From: Raillietiella orientalis
Taxonomy: Eukaryota
Direction of reading: 5' to 3'
NCBI GenBank assembly: GCA_036172245.1
Contig: JAYWIR010000001.1
Coordinates: 1,364,001 to 1,428,000 of the forward strand
DNA length: 64,000 bases
A model generated the notes under the pieces. The model was not told the origin of the DNA and ran no database searches. It worked only from the letters and a program-made list of their open reading frames with translations. Made by a program: the position numbers and the translations under genes. This document shows, piece by piece, positions 25,081 through 36,554 of this stretch (position 1 is the stretch's first letter; each line of letters opens with the position of its first letter).

Positions 25081-25199
25081 GCAGGGACCTTCACTTACAA
25101 ATAAATATAACAAAGAAAGGAAAAAGTTAAATAAATTATTAAGAAGAAAAAAGGAAATTCGCTAGGGATGACCACCAGCTCGAGGCCGGCTTCAAAGGG

Positions 25200-28000
25200 G
25201 GTCAAGAGCGGGAGGAGGAGAAGGGTCTTTGGTTTCAGCTGTTCCTTCCTTCCTAGAGCTGGCGCTGAATACTGGTCCTGACCGCTTCTTCTCGCAAATG
25301 AGGGAGCCTTGCGGCTGTCCTCATCAAGGCAACCTTCATACATGCGGAGCCTCTCTTCTCTACGACCGACTCCAACACATGGCGGGCTGCCACTATGGAG
25401 AGGCTGAGACAGATGGTTGGGATCACAGCGACCATCTTCAGCCCTCCTTGAGTGAAGAAGCGCAGCAGCAAGTCCGAAGCGGTTCCCTCCGGGTTGGCGG
25501 ACCGCCGAGGGGCGAGTCTGCTCACATGTCCTCCAGGGCACCGCAGTCCAACAGGAGGTGCGGGAAGGATTCGACTGCCCGCATCGGGAACAGTTCGGGA
25601 AGGCAACTCCCCAGGAAGTCAGATGTCCGCGCTGGTTGCACTGGAATCCTCCAGTGCGGAGACAGACCCTTCCCACCGTAGAGGTAACGCCGTAGCATCC
25701 ACACGCAAAGAACCGGGGGAGGGGGAAAGGGACAAAACCAAGCAGAGCGAAGGAGTCCCAAAAGAAAATGGGGATCGTCTGAGGTCTGCTGCGTGCATCC
25801 GCTGGGTCCGTTCTTTGCACAACGACTGTTCACGACTCCGAAAGCGAAAGTTTCAAATTGCCACCGCCGCCACAGCCTTCCAAAGGGAACTCCTGCCTGC
25901 TTCGGCCCATGGGAATTACGCGCTGATCCTCCCACTCACCAACAGGTGAGTGAAGCGAAAAGGAGCTGCCAGTCGTGTGAATTGCCGAGGCCTCGCGGAT
26001 TCGTTTCGACTTCCGAAGCATCTTTACCTTTTGCTCCAAGACCTAGTTTTCGTGGATGTCTCTGGAAGTCAGCCAATGTCTGACTGAATACACCCCATGG
26101 CTTGGCATTCCACGCATAGTTTACTGCGCCCGATGCGAGGAAGAAGAGGAGTAGAGGGGAGGGGGGAATATCTTCCTGGAAGAACTTTCCACCCAACAAT
26201 CGTCTCCCGAAACCATTTGCCAAAAAGTGGCGTTCGGAAAAGCCCTCGGCGCACCTTCCCTTTCCAGAGCGTGCCACTGTTCCTAAGGCAGTGCCACTCC
26301 GTGGTTCCAGCTGCAGAACCTTCTCGGGAAAAACATCCTCTTTCTGAGGGCAGCGAACTGAGCTCCCGGATGCACGAGAACGTGACAACCGCTTTCCTCC
26401 AAGCGTGTTCAACTTTTTCTTTTTTTTCCCCAAGCTGGTCAGGGTAGGAAACGTATTCTTGGTCAGCTCTAAACTGCACGTCCTGCCTTTGGAACTGTGG
26501 CAAGGACCGCCGAAGGACGATTCCTCGCTCAGGAAAGTGGATTTTCAGCTTGAGGGAAACAGCCAAGTCCATCCTTTCCGATCCGAAAGCATCTCTCCTT
26601 GGTCATCAAGCAACAAGCAACCCGATTCAAATTCTCCTTCCCCTAAATTGGCGCCCGGTGTGTGTGTGGTCAGCTTGGCTTTCCATCCTCCCCACAGCCT
26701 TCGCTTTGACCTTACCATTAGAAGTAAAGGTAACGTCATGGTGTGCTACGAAGAAGGCAGTAAAGACGGAACACGAATGCAACAACTGCATGGTGCGTGA
26801 ACACCAGAACGATCCTCGGTGAGTTTCTCTTTCTTCTTGTCAAGTGGACGATCAGTAATGTTCCCACTCGCGGCTCCATCTGTATTTGGTGTTTTCAGGA
26901 TAAAAAAAAAAAAAAAAAAAGACAAAATTCAGCACATTCTCAACGCAGTCACAGGACATTTCCGCCGGTACACATTTCCGTGTTCCTTCAGGCAGCTGTT
27001 TCACTTTGCAGGGAGGTTGTTACGCCAGCAGGGACCCCTAGCAGTCGGATGGTGTACAAATTACCAGAGGCTGCAGAAAGCACGATGACGGCAGGTCAAC
27101 ACAAAAGAACAAATTTGAATGGCCTTTGAGGAGCCAGTCCGACTTGCAGACCTTCAAGCCCGACCTTTTGAATGGCAGCCTCACGCTGACTGCTGTCCGG
27201 CTGAAGAATGGTGGCCACTCGGACGAATAGAGTGCCGCCGAACTCTATTAATTATTGTCTCCGCTAGATAACGCATCGAAGCGGGGGAGCGGTCATCCAC
27301 GCCTGGAACCTGCCGCCCTGGCCTGGACCCGCAAACCCTTGCTGCCACCTGGAGAATCTTTCCTTTTCCCGATTGCCTCATTCATTTTTCAAAGCGCTTC
27401 CCATCCCATTGTGCTCGGCAGGCCGACGGACGGCGCCACGGAGCGACTGATGGCCGTTCTTTTCTGTTCGCCTCTCCACCGTGTGTATCTGCACGCAGAT
27501 CTTGCTTGGCAACGTTCCGTGTCTGCTCCGCCTCGTGGAGGCCGCAAGCGCCTGCGCTCCTCGCGCAATGTTCCCACGCGATCCGCGAAAGATTATCTGC
27601 CGCGGGATTGAGACGACAAAGTGAACACCAGGGAGGGGAGGACCTCGCGGGGCGGCCTGACGAATGGGGTCCGACGTTTCCAAGGCGACGACGCGTGCGT
27701 CCACGTCTCTCCCGGTTGCACAGCTCTCCTCGCTGCTGCGCCCAAGGTGCTTCCGGGAGGTGAAGCTTCGAGCAGGCGGATACCGACCGAGGCCCCTGCG
27801 AGACTTTCGAAGGGAAGCCTCGGCCCGCTTGCGTGTGGGCGGATGACCCGTGACATGGGCGGGTCTGCGGTGGTGCCCTCTCTCCAAAGCTGGGGAACTG
27901 CTGCTGGCTGGGAAGGCGAGAGACGTCGCTGCTTTCGTCCAAGGCAGCTAAGAGTAGGAGCTGCTGCTGGGGCTGGGAGGAAGGTGACCGTGGTTTCTCT
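25200..28000 (-). mobile_element. Decayed L1/Tx1-like LINE ORF2 relic upstream of the Six1/2 promoter
   Basis: A DQ..(A)F(D)R..WTWLF-like motif at about 26560-26610, NG...QEDIPPSPLLLFFLA at about 26135-26225, and the Zn-knuckle NCSRCG/VESFPHLLLDCGAL at 25540-25595. The endonuclease-like segment at 27500-27800 is weaker. Confidence 0.55.
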
Positions 28001-29834
28001 CCGGGACGAGCAAGGCATCTCAGGGGAAGGGAAGAAGAGGAAGAGGAAAAAGAAGGGAAGGGGGGAGGAAGAGGAGAAGGAAGAGAAGAGGCACCCAAGA
28101 TAGTTAGGACTGCCAGGAGTGGGAGGTGTTGCTGGGCTGGGAGGAAGGAGGAGGAAGGAGAGAGCAATCCAAACACAAGTTGCTGCTGAAAGTGCTAGGA
28201 ACAGAGGCTAAGAATTCACCATGGGCGGCGGTCGGGTGCTTTGAGATTGCAGATGCGGTCCTGTCCCTCGGATGCAGCTTCCGCATCCCCCTGAGGTCGG
28301 GGAGAAGAGGATCCCCTGTCGGGAGTAGTGGGAATTCAGCATCCCGGTCCCGAAGATTTCCCTGTGTCCGAAAGGGTTGGGCCAACGCCGCCGATTCCCA
28401 GCCGCCGTTGTCCTCTCAACGGGCCCTTTTTTCCTCCCCGTTGCCGGGATGGCTGGGTGCGTGGGACTTTCGGGAGCGCTTCCTCCAGGCAAGAGGAGGG
28501 ATGGGTGGTCCGATCTGCGCGCTCGGACGGCGTCGCAGCGCGCGCAGATCGGAGGCGACACCCTGCCTCGCACGCACCCTCTCGGCGTCAGGGAAACCCA
28601 ACTCCTTCGGGAGCGGAACTGGGGGAAAGGGAAAGAGTGGCCCCTCCGAAAATCAAAGAGGGGGAGGGAAGAGAGAGGGAGGGAAAGGACGGAGGGAGAG
28701 AGAGGAAGGGGAGAAAAAGGGGACAAGAAGGTCGTACTGACTCGCCCCCGTCTGGGAGCGACTTGACATTTTGATGGCAGCCGACCGCCTCGTTCTGTGG
28801 GCCCGCGAGCAGGCTGCCGTGATGGTGACGCGCAGCCCCAGCGGGCAGCCGAGGACCGTCTCCCGGGGGCAAAAAAGCCGCTGCCGCGCCCTCCCGGACG
28901 GGTATGGGGCCGCCGCGCGCGTCTGAAAGGACCCCAGGATCGCGTGTTCCGTCCCTTTGTTGCGAGGCGGGAGGGGGAGGAGGACGACCCAGCCCTTTCG
29001 CGCCGCTCCCCTCCCGATGCTTATCGGTCCCGGGGGCGAGCGCGATCCTCTCATTGGAGGGCGCGCGTGGAGACGCCGGGCAGGCGCACACAGCCCGAGC
29101 GTCGGCAGCTGCGCGGCTGGGGGCGCGCGGCCGCTCCTTCCGAGCTGCGCCACCCACCCTTCTTCCCTCGGGAGCTGGGCACCCCGACGGGACGCTGCCA
29201 ACGGAAAGGGCGGGTGGGGAGGACGGGGGTAGCAGGGGCTCTCCCCTTGGGAGCAGTGCGATTTTTTCCTTTTTCCTTCTTCTTCCTTTCCGAGGAAAAC
29301 CCCCGGCCCTCTCCATCGGCCGGGAAGAAGGGCCTGCCGTTCCAGGGAGAATCTTGCGCGGCCGGCGGCAGCCGTTCGTCTGTCAGGAAAGCGTCGGAAG
29401 GAGGAGGGGGAGCAGCGGAGGGATGGCGGCGGAGGCGGGAAGGGAGGAAGGCGCGAGCGTCACCGCGTGCTATTTTTATATGTCCCCGGCTTCGGGTGCC
29501 GCGGTGGAGGTTGGCGCGCCACCGAAGAGGCGCCTCTTCCCCTCCCCCTTCCTTCCCTCGGGGGGGGGCTTCAGCGGGTCACCCATCATTTTTTTTTTTT
29601 CTTCTTCTTCCGCTCCTCTCTTCCTCCCTCCCGTGCCCGGAGGAAGGGGTCACCTCTCTTCGGCCGCTCGGGTTCTCCCTGCTCTACGCTCCCGGGTTGT
29701 CCCCCTCCGCCTCGACGCCCTACGCGAGTCCCCCATTCCCCCTCCCCCCCGGCTTTCCCGTCGCGGAAGGCCAACCCTTGCGCAACGGCACAGCTGTCCT
29801 TCCCGAGAGGAGCTCCCGCACACTCCGAAGTGGC

Positions 29835-29878
29835 AGCCAATCATCTCTCGCGGAGGGACGGGCGCGCGGCGCTCCAAT
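29835..29878 (+). promoter_or_regulatory. Two CCAAT boxes in the likely Six1/2 proximal promoter, inside a CpG-rich region (about 28400-32700)
   Basis: AGCCAATCA (NF-Y consensus, CCAAT at 29837-29841) and CTCCAATGG (CCAAT at 29874-29878), 340-380 bp upstream of the first ATG. CG dinucleotides are very dense around them. Confidence 0.55.
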
Positions 29879-30027
29879 GGGGAAGGCGGACCGCGCCGCC
29901 CGTCGGAGAGCGCGGCCGCCGCCGCCGCCGCGGCAGGCTTGGAGGCTGCGGAGAGACGCGGCCGCCGGCAGTGCGCGCCTTCGCTCGCTCGTTGCCGGCC
30001 GAGCGGGTCGTCCCGTCTTCGCCCTTC

Positions 30028-30126
30028 CTCCGCTGCCGTCGCTGCTGCTGCTGCTGCTGCTGGGTGGTGGTGGTGGTGGTGGTGCGCCGTGTCGCCTCGT
30101 CCTCCGCCGCCGCCGCCGCCGCCGCC

Positions 30127-30159
<33 letters not shown>

Positions 30160-30176
30160 GCTGCCGCCGCCGCCGG
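30028..30176 (+). repeat. Compound trinucleotide microsatellite (GCT)n(GGT)n(GCC)n(GCT)n in the Six1/2 5' leader
   Basis: Directly visible repeat runs ending about 40 bp before ATG 30214. Confidence 0.9.
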
Positions 30177-30213
30177 CGAGGTGGTGCCGACCGCGCGCGC
30201 GCGCCGTCCGCCA

Positions 30214-30890
30214 ATGATCGTCAGTGACCCGGGCGGCGGCATGGCGGGAGTGCAAGTTCCGAGCGGCTTCGCCGGCGGGCACCACGCGTCCCCCGCTCCC
30301 GGCGCGGTGCCCCAGTCCCAGTCGTCCTCCCAGGCGATGCTGCCCTCCTTCGGGTTCACCCAGGAACAAGTGGCCTGCGTGTGCGAGGTGCTGCAGCAGT
30401 CCGCGGACATCGAGCGGCTGGGCCGCTTCCTGTGGTCCCTGCCAGCGTGCGAGAGGCTGCAGAAGAACGAGAGCGTGCTGAAGGCGAAAGCCATCGTTGC
30501 ATTCCACCGCGGGAACTTCAAGGATCTCTACAGGATCCTGGAGAACAACCAGTTCTCACCGCAGAACCACCAGAACCTGCAGTCCCTGTGGCTGAAGGCC
30601 CACTACGTGGAGGCCGAGAAGCTGCGCGGGCGCAGCCTGGGGGCGGTCGGGAAGTACCGAGTGAGGAGGAAGTTCCCGCTCCCCAGGACGATCTGGGACG
30701 GGGAGGAGACCAGCTACTGCTTCAAGGAGAAGTCTCGCAACGTGCTGCGGGACTGGTACGGGCACAATCCGTACCCCAGCCCCAGGGAGAAGAGGGAGCT
30801 CGCCGAGATGACCGGGCTGACCACCGTGCAGGTGTCCAACTGGTTCAAGAACAGGCGCCAGAGGGACCGAGCCGCAGAGCAGAAAGATAG
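30214..30890 (+). CDS. Six1/2 (so): Six1/2 (sine oculis) homeobox transcription factor, coding exon 1: SIX domain plus K50 homeodomain
   Basis: Translation gives [21 protein letters not shown]...FPLPRTIWD (SIX domain) followed by [13 protein letters not shown]...[10 protein letters not shown] (homeodomain, 30700-30879). The ETSY tetrapeptide (30706-30717) is diagnostic of the Six1/2 subfamily. The exon ends AAAGATAG|GTATGA (phase 2), where vertebrate Six1 also has its intron. Candidate start ATGs are 30214, 30241 (GGCATGG context) and 30337. Confidence 0.97.
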
Positions 30891-32999
30891 GTATGACCCC
30901 GGGGCACTGGTGGTAGTGGGGACTTTTCACGCGTCGGCCTGCGAATCCGTGCCCTCTAGCGCGCGGCCGGGAGGGGGGGGAGGAAGGAGGGAAAGGGAGT
31001 CCGCGAGGGAGGTTCGCGCGCATGGGGCCGAGAAGCGGGAAGGAAAGGAGGGAGGGAGGGAGGCGTTTCTCTCGGTCGTTCCCCGTCCGCTCGCTCGGCG
31101 GCAGCACCGCATGCGCGGATCGGCTGCTGCCTTCGCGCGTCTTCGTCCAGCGTTCGCTCGCGCGGCACGTATCCGATCCCCGCAGCATGCAATCGAAAGC
31201 GTGCACCCTTGGTGCGCGCGTGCGGGAGGCAAAGAGGGGGGCGGGGGTGGAGTAGACAGCTCGGTTGCGCCTCAACTTTCGAAAAGCGCGCTCGCCCGTC
31301 CCGCGCTCCGGCGCGAAGGCGAAGTCTCCCTACCCCCACCCCTTCTGCCATGTCCGCCTTCCCGCTTGCTGGGAGGAAAGGGGATCATCCCCTTCGCCAC
31401 GCCCACCTCATCCGTTGGCAAGGAGTGAGCGAGGGAAGGAAGGAGGTTGCCAGAACGACGCGGGGTGTGTGTGTTCAGGGCGCCGCCCTGTCCTCTTCGC
31501 CTGGTTTCCGGTGCCTTCGCTTTCGTCCAGGGTTTCGCGAGAGAGCGCCACCGACCTTTTCGGCACCCTCGTCGAATTTTTCCGCCGTTCCTCGGACCTC
31601 TTCCCCCGGTTCCCGCTTGCCAGTTTCGCCTTCCGGACGCGTCCCAGGCGACGTCCGCCGCTCGCGGTTCGCTCCGAGCTCGCCGAGCAGGTGGGCGTGG
31701 CATCACTCGTTCCGTCTGTCGCTGTCGCCGCTGATGATGCTGCGCGCCAAGGTCTTTTTCTCCCGCCGCCTCTTTCCCGTGAGGCCCCAAGGACTCCCAT
31801 TCTTTGGCGCGATTTCCAGGCCTTCGCTCCGCGCCCACAGGCTCCTTCGCCCAGTCGACGAGGGGACGACGTGATGGCTCCCGAGGGCAATAGGATGGCG
31901 CGGGATCATACAAAAAGAAGCCAGAAGCGTTGCCTCCGTGCGCCTTTCAGCACAGACGGGGTTGGGATTGAGGATGGGGGAACTCGCGCCTGCTCCGGAG
32001 AGTAGCGCCTTCGGGAGCGCCTGGAATGCATACGCGCACCCTCTTACGCCAAGGTACCCGGAGACGGTGGCTCCGACCGACGCCGCCTGCGCCCCTTTCC
32101 ACCCCCCGCCTTTTTGCCTTCTGGAACCTTTTGAAGAGGACCCCTGCGGGGATTCCACGTGCGTGGGCCCCCTGCCTGAAGTCCCCGCTCCGGATGCCAA
32201 CTGCGAAAGACGGGCGCCTAGAGGGGAGTTCCGCGTCACGTGAGCGCCGCGGCGCTTCGCCCGGCACGCCCCAAGTCCCCGACTCTTCGGGCGAAGCGCA
32301 GGTGCGGGAGGGAAGGCTTCGCTCCGGGGGGAGCAAGGCGTCTCGGAAGAGGAAGGAAAGAGGAAGAGGAAGGGAGGAAGAAGAAAGGAAGGGAAGAGGA
32401 AGAGGAGGAAGGAAGGGGGAAAGAGTGAGGAAAGATAGGCGCGGAAGGGAATCGAGGGATTGGCGAGTGTCTCCGCTCTCTTCGTCGCTGGCGCTACGGG
32501 TTGCACCCTCGAGGACTGCGGACGGTGCCCAGACAGACGGTAGCAGAGCGGACGCGCAGGTCTAGGCATGTCTTTTTGCCGCATCGCTTCCTCCGAAGTG
32601 GCGCGGGGAGGGACAGGAAGAAAAGGTTCCGCCTTCTGCGTCCCCCTGGACGAGCAGTGGAGGCGAGTGCGCCTCCCCCATGTGGGAAGGGTGGAGCTGG
32701 CCAAGCGGCTGGTGAACAGCAAGGGGGTGAAGGCGTGGGCGCGCAGTGCTTAGGGTTTGCTGCCACCGGGGGGTCCCCACGGTGGCAACCGCGTCAGATT
32801 TGCACGTGCGGGGAAAACGTAATGCGGAGGCTGCCTCTGTCAATCAATAGAGGTGACGTCAACACGCAATTACCGTTCGCCCTTCTCGAGTTACTTCCTT
32901 CCTCCATTTCTGCGCGGTTCGCGTCACTCGCTGCAACCCGATACTCCCTCCCGTGCTTTCAGAAAAATCTGCCAACACCTCGGGAAAGCTTCCCCGGAA

Positions 33000-33800
33000 C
33001 AAGGGCGGACCGGGAAGGCACCTAGTGAACGCCGGGAAGCGAAGAGAGGGGAGGGAAGGAAATGCGTCGGATGCTGGAGCCAGGCAGGGGCAGGCGAGGA
33101 GAAGGAGTCCTTCCTCTATTCTTGCGGAACGCCTCCCGGGGGTGGCACCCGTGACGTCCACTGCTGCGCCTCTTCCCCGCGGGAGGCAGTTTCGATGGCG
33201 AAGAGCGTGTTCTCGTGTCCCGGTGGCCACCCACCAACTGGCACGTGCGTCGAAGGCTTGAGGGAAGAGAGGGGGCGGACTTCCTCCCCAAGATAGGGGG
33301 CGGCGCAACCGGGCCTTTCGACCGCGGTCGCCTCGCGGGCCAGCGTATCGCGCCTTTTGCTGGTTTCCCGCCTCAAGCAACTTCGCAGCTGAACGCCCGC
33401 CGAACGCTTCAGGCGTCCGCTGTTTGCTCTCCCGCAGGAGTGGCGGCCTGCGGATTCCCTCTGGCGCCCTCCGCCGTATGCTTCTGCTCGGCGAAGTTTT
33501 CCTGACGTCCCTTTTTCGGTTCCTTCTCCTTGGACGGTCGCGCGGGAGCCATTCGTTCTCTTGGGCGGTATCCTGCCGCGTGTTACTCCGGGACGCTTGC
33601 ATCAAGAGATGCAGAGGTCAGGTTGCCGTCTTCGTCGTGAGATCAGGATGCAGAGGACAAAAGTGTATATACTCCCTGTACTTCCGTACGAGACGGGACG
33701 TTTCGGATCCTTCCTCCCAGAACAACATCCAGCCTGCAGGCTGTTCGAGCATCCAATGAGACAGCGTCCTTCAGAAAAGCTCTGTACCGCCCGGTCCTGT
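33000..33800 (+). mobile_element. L1/Tx1-like reverse-transcriptase relic in Six1/2 intron 1
   Basis: ILAERLPGVAP...PRGRQF (cf. ILANRLxxVLPxxIxxxQxxFxPGR), a frameshifted AFDR at about 33315, GLRIPSG, and TKVYILPVLPY. Confidence 0.4.
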
Positions 33801-34894
33801 CGAACCGGTTGCCCTTCGTCCAGAGCGTCGCTCTTCGTCGCCCGGGTGTCACCCGCGAGGAAAGATCCGTGCTCCCGCGCAAGAACGCAAGAAGAATCCT
33901 TCCGTTCGGTCACCCAGCAACGGGTCGAACCCTCGGGGTCGCAACGCTCGTTGGAGGAACGCGTTCCTGGGTCTTGCCGACCCCTGGGTCGGAACCCCCC
34001 GGCAGTGGCTGCAGAACGCTCACGAGGGGGAGGTGGAAAGGGGAACCCTTTCGCGAACAGACTGACGGGAACTTCTTGCAGCCGACGCGCGCTTGTGAGG
34101 TGTGCAAGAACGTCCAGTGCTTGTGACCGCGTGTATGCGCTGCCATGTTTCTCACGCGGGCCGGGAATGTCCCCCCCCGCCCCCCAGAAAAGAGTGGATG
34201 CGGATTTCGGGAGGGTGGCCATGCGAACGCTCTCGGAAATTCGAACTGCCGTTCGTCTCGCATGCGCTGCGCCCTAGCGTGGAACGCGCGAAAGCCGGAA
34301 CCCAGAAGTTGCATGTGGTTTCGCTTACAGCGCGGCTCCCACCTCCTCCGCCCGCCACTCGGAACCCGCGTGTAAGAGCCGGAGCTGCTCCTCATTTGGC
34401 GCGATCACCTGTTTTCTGTTTTCGAGCCCGCAAGACTTCTGAAAGGCCACGCGGCCGCGCCCCTCTTTGCAGCGGAGATGCTTAGCAGCTCGCGAGGGAG
34501 CAAACGAACCCGAGTTGCTCACGCGGCGGCAGCAGCACTTCTGCTGTTTGAGGACTGCCAGGAGAAGGGGGGAGGAGTAAGGAACACGTTCCGGGGGGAA
34601 CTGTGAAAGCGGTTTCTTCTCTTCGCCGAGGTTCTCCCTTCCGCCCTACGAAACGGTTCCAGCGTTCCCCTGACGCCAGCCGGCATGCACTGCCGACGCA
34701 CGTGGGCCCGTTGGGGTCGGCCGAAAGCGATCTTTTCGTGCAAGAACTTTTGTGTGCATCGAGCGAAGAGTGCCGGATGTCGAGTCGAGCGCCCAGTCTC
34801 CAGGCCCTCCACTGCTCGTCCCAGAATTCCGTAGCAGGAGGAGCACGGGCGGTTCGTGAGGCGCGGACCACCGCCGTCTTCCCCCTTCCTTGCC

Positions 34895-35870
34895 AGGCCG
34901 CGTTGGCGGTCGCGTCTTCGCGCGTGGTGCCAATGCGTCGTGGATTCGAATCCCGCCCGGGGAAGGATCGACTCCGAAAAACGGGCGCGTCGTTGGTTCC
35001 GAGTCCTCCCGCAGGACGACGGCTCTGTTGGCTTCAGATGTGGCAGGTCATTCCGGGAATCAAGGAGCTCTTCGGGGTTTCGCCACCGGTTGCGAGGATG
35101 GAGCCGTTACCATGGAGCTGGTTGGTTGATGCCTCTCCAGAGTGTCAGGAAACGCGCTGCTCCCTTCGGGGTTCTCTTCAGAGGTGGAAACGGGGCGGTT
35201 CCGGTGCGGTTCCTTCCGGAGGAGACATTCCAGAGGTTTATCCTTTCCGGGCCCCCCTTGAGGAAGAAAGGAGGAGTGGCCCGGGGAAGAAGGAAGAAGT
35301 TCCCTTCGGAGAAGAAACTGGATGACCCCGTTGACTGTTGACTGGACGGGATTGGGAGTTGCCCCTCCGGGATCCTTCCAGGAATCCAGGAGCCGGTTGG
35401 TTCTACGGTTATGAAAATGGAGCTGGTTGATGCCCCCCCTTGGGGAGTTCGCCTCTCCATGGTGTAAGAAGCGCGCTGCTCCCTTCGGGACGCACCCTTC
35501 AAAGAAATCGGAAAGCGCCGATCTTTGGGGTTTTTCGGGGGATGAAACGAGGAGCGAATCCTTCCCGGGGGGTTTCTCCGGAGAAGAAATTCGGGAAAGA
35601 TCCTTCGGAGAGGAAGCGAGGAATGCTCCTGCCACCGGGGGGGGCCTTCCCAAGGGAATGAAGAGGTTGCCTTAGGGTTTACCTTTCGGGAGCAATAGGG
35701 GCAAGCGTAAGAGGGACGGACTCCTTCCGGAGCCTTTCTGGATGCATAGGGTGGCCCCCCTACAACTTGAAGAGTTGACACGCACCTCCAGGTGACGTGG
35801 ACCGTGTCAAAGAGCTTCGTGAGCCCCAAGGCGAACGGTTCCGTCTTCGCCTGGTTCGCTGTGCTCAAGA
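34895..35870 (+). mobile_element. SINE-like family copy 5 (Six1/2 intron 1; internal duplication of the body)
   Basis: Head GGCCGCGTTGGCGG..GGATTCGAATCCCGCCCGGGGAAGGATCGAC. The block GGAATC(A/C)AGGAGC..ATGGAGCTGGTTG..CGCGCTGCTCCCTTCGGG occurs twice (about 35055 and 35380). The 3' end is GTGTCAAAGAGCTTCGTGAGCCCC. Confidence 0.8.
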
Positions 35871-36516
35871 ATTCCGCGAACCCAAAGAAGGAAGAAGTCG
35901 ACAGGGTAGGTGCAGGAGCTTCTGATGGAGAGCGTGCGCTTCGACAGCCGTGTCGAACTCGACGGGATGCCCCGCCCGCTCCTCTCGTCTCCCGAAGCAT
36001 CTCAGACCCTCCACTTTCCCAAGTCTTTCCCCCCTTTTTTCTCTTTTTGCTCATCTGCCTAATGAGTTGTCGTCCCAGTGCTCTTGGTGAGCCCTTCTCG
36101 ATCATCGTGGGTTCGACAATACTTCCGTGGGGGGGGGGGATTGCGTTTCAGGAAGAAAAGGCGAAAAAGCGTGTACGTCTTTTCGCAGCCAGAGAGCTTT
36201 CACTATCGATCGTCAGTTATTCCCCCCTCGACTGCAGCTCGCCTTAGCGCGGGTGTCGGGTTTCGTTCCTTCGGGAGTGATTTACGGTGGCGTTCGAGCC
36301 CCCCCCCGTTTCCTGGAATTAATTAGAAATTATTTCACAACTGGTAGTCTGGATTAAGTGAAAACTAAGCGCAAGTGGGGAGCTGCTGCAGTTGGAACGA
36401 GACGAGAGCAGAGTTCTGGGGCGCATGCGGATCACGCTCTGGCATTCTATTCTTATTTTCATTCTATTTTTCCTTTTTGTTTTTTTGCGTAGCCTTAAAA
36501 AATTCCGGTTTTAACC

Positions 36517-36554
<38 letters not shown>

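Noticed and set aside
28797-30227. 476-aa and 437-aa overlapping ORFs, and a uORF from ATG 29877
   Set aside because: These are stop-poor GC-rich triplet repeats. The ATG overlaps the second CCAAT box and is probably upstream of the TSS.
29467-31428. 653-aa ORF as a single-exon Six protein
   Set aside because: It starts at a non-ATG codon in GC-rich leader and reads through a donor at 30891. The sequence after KDR is low-complexity intron.
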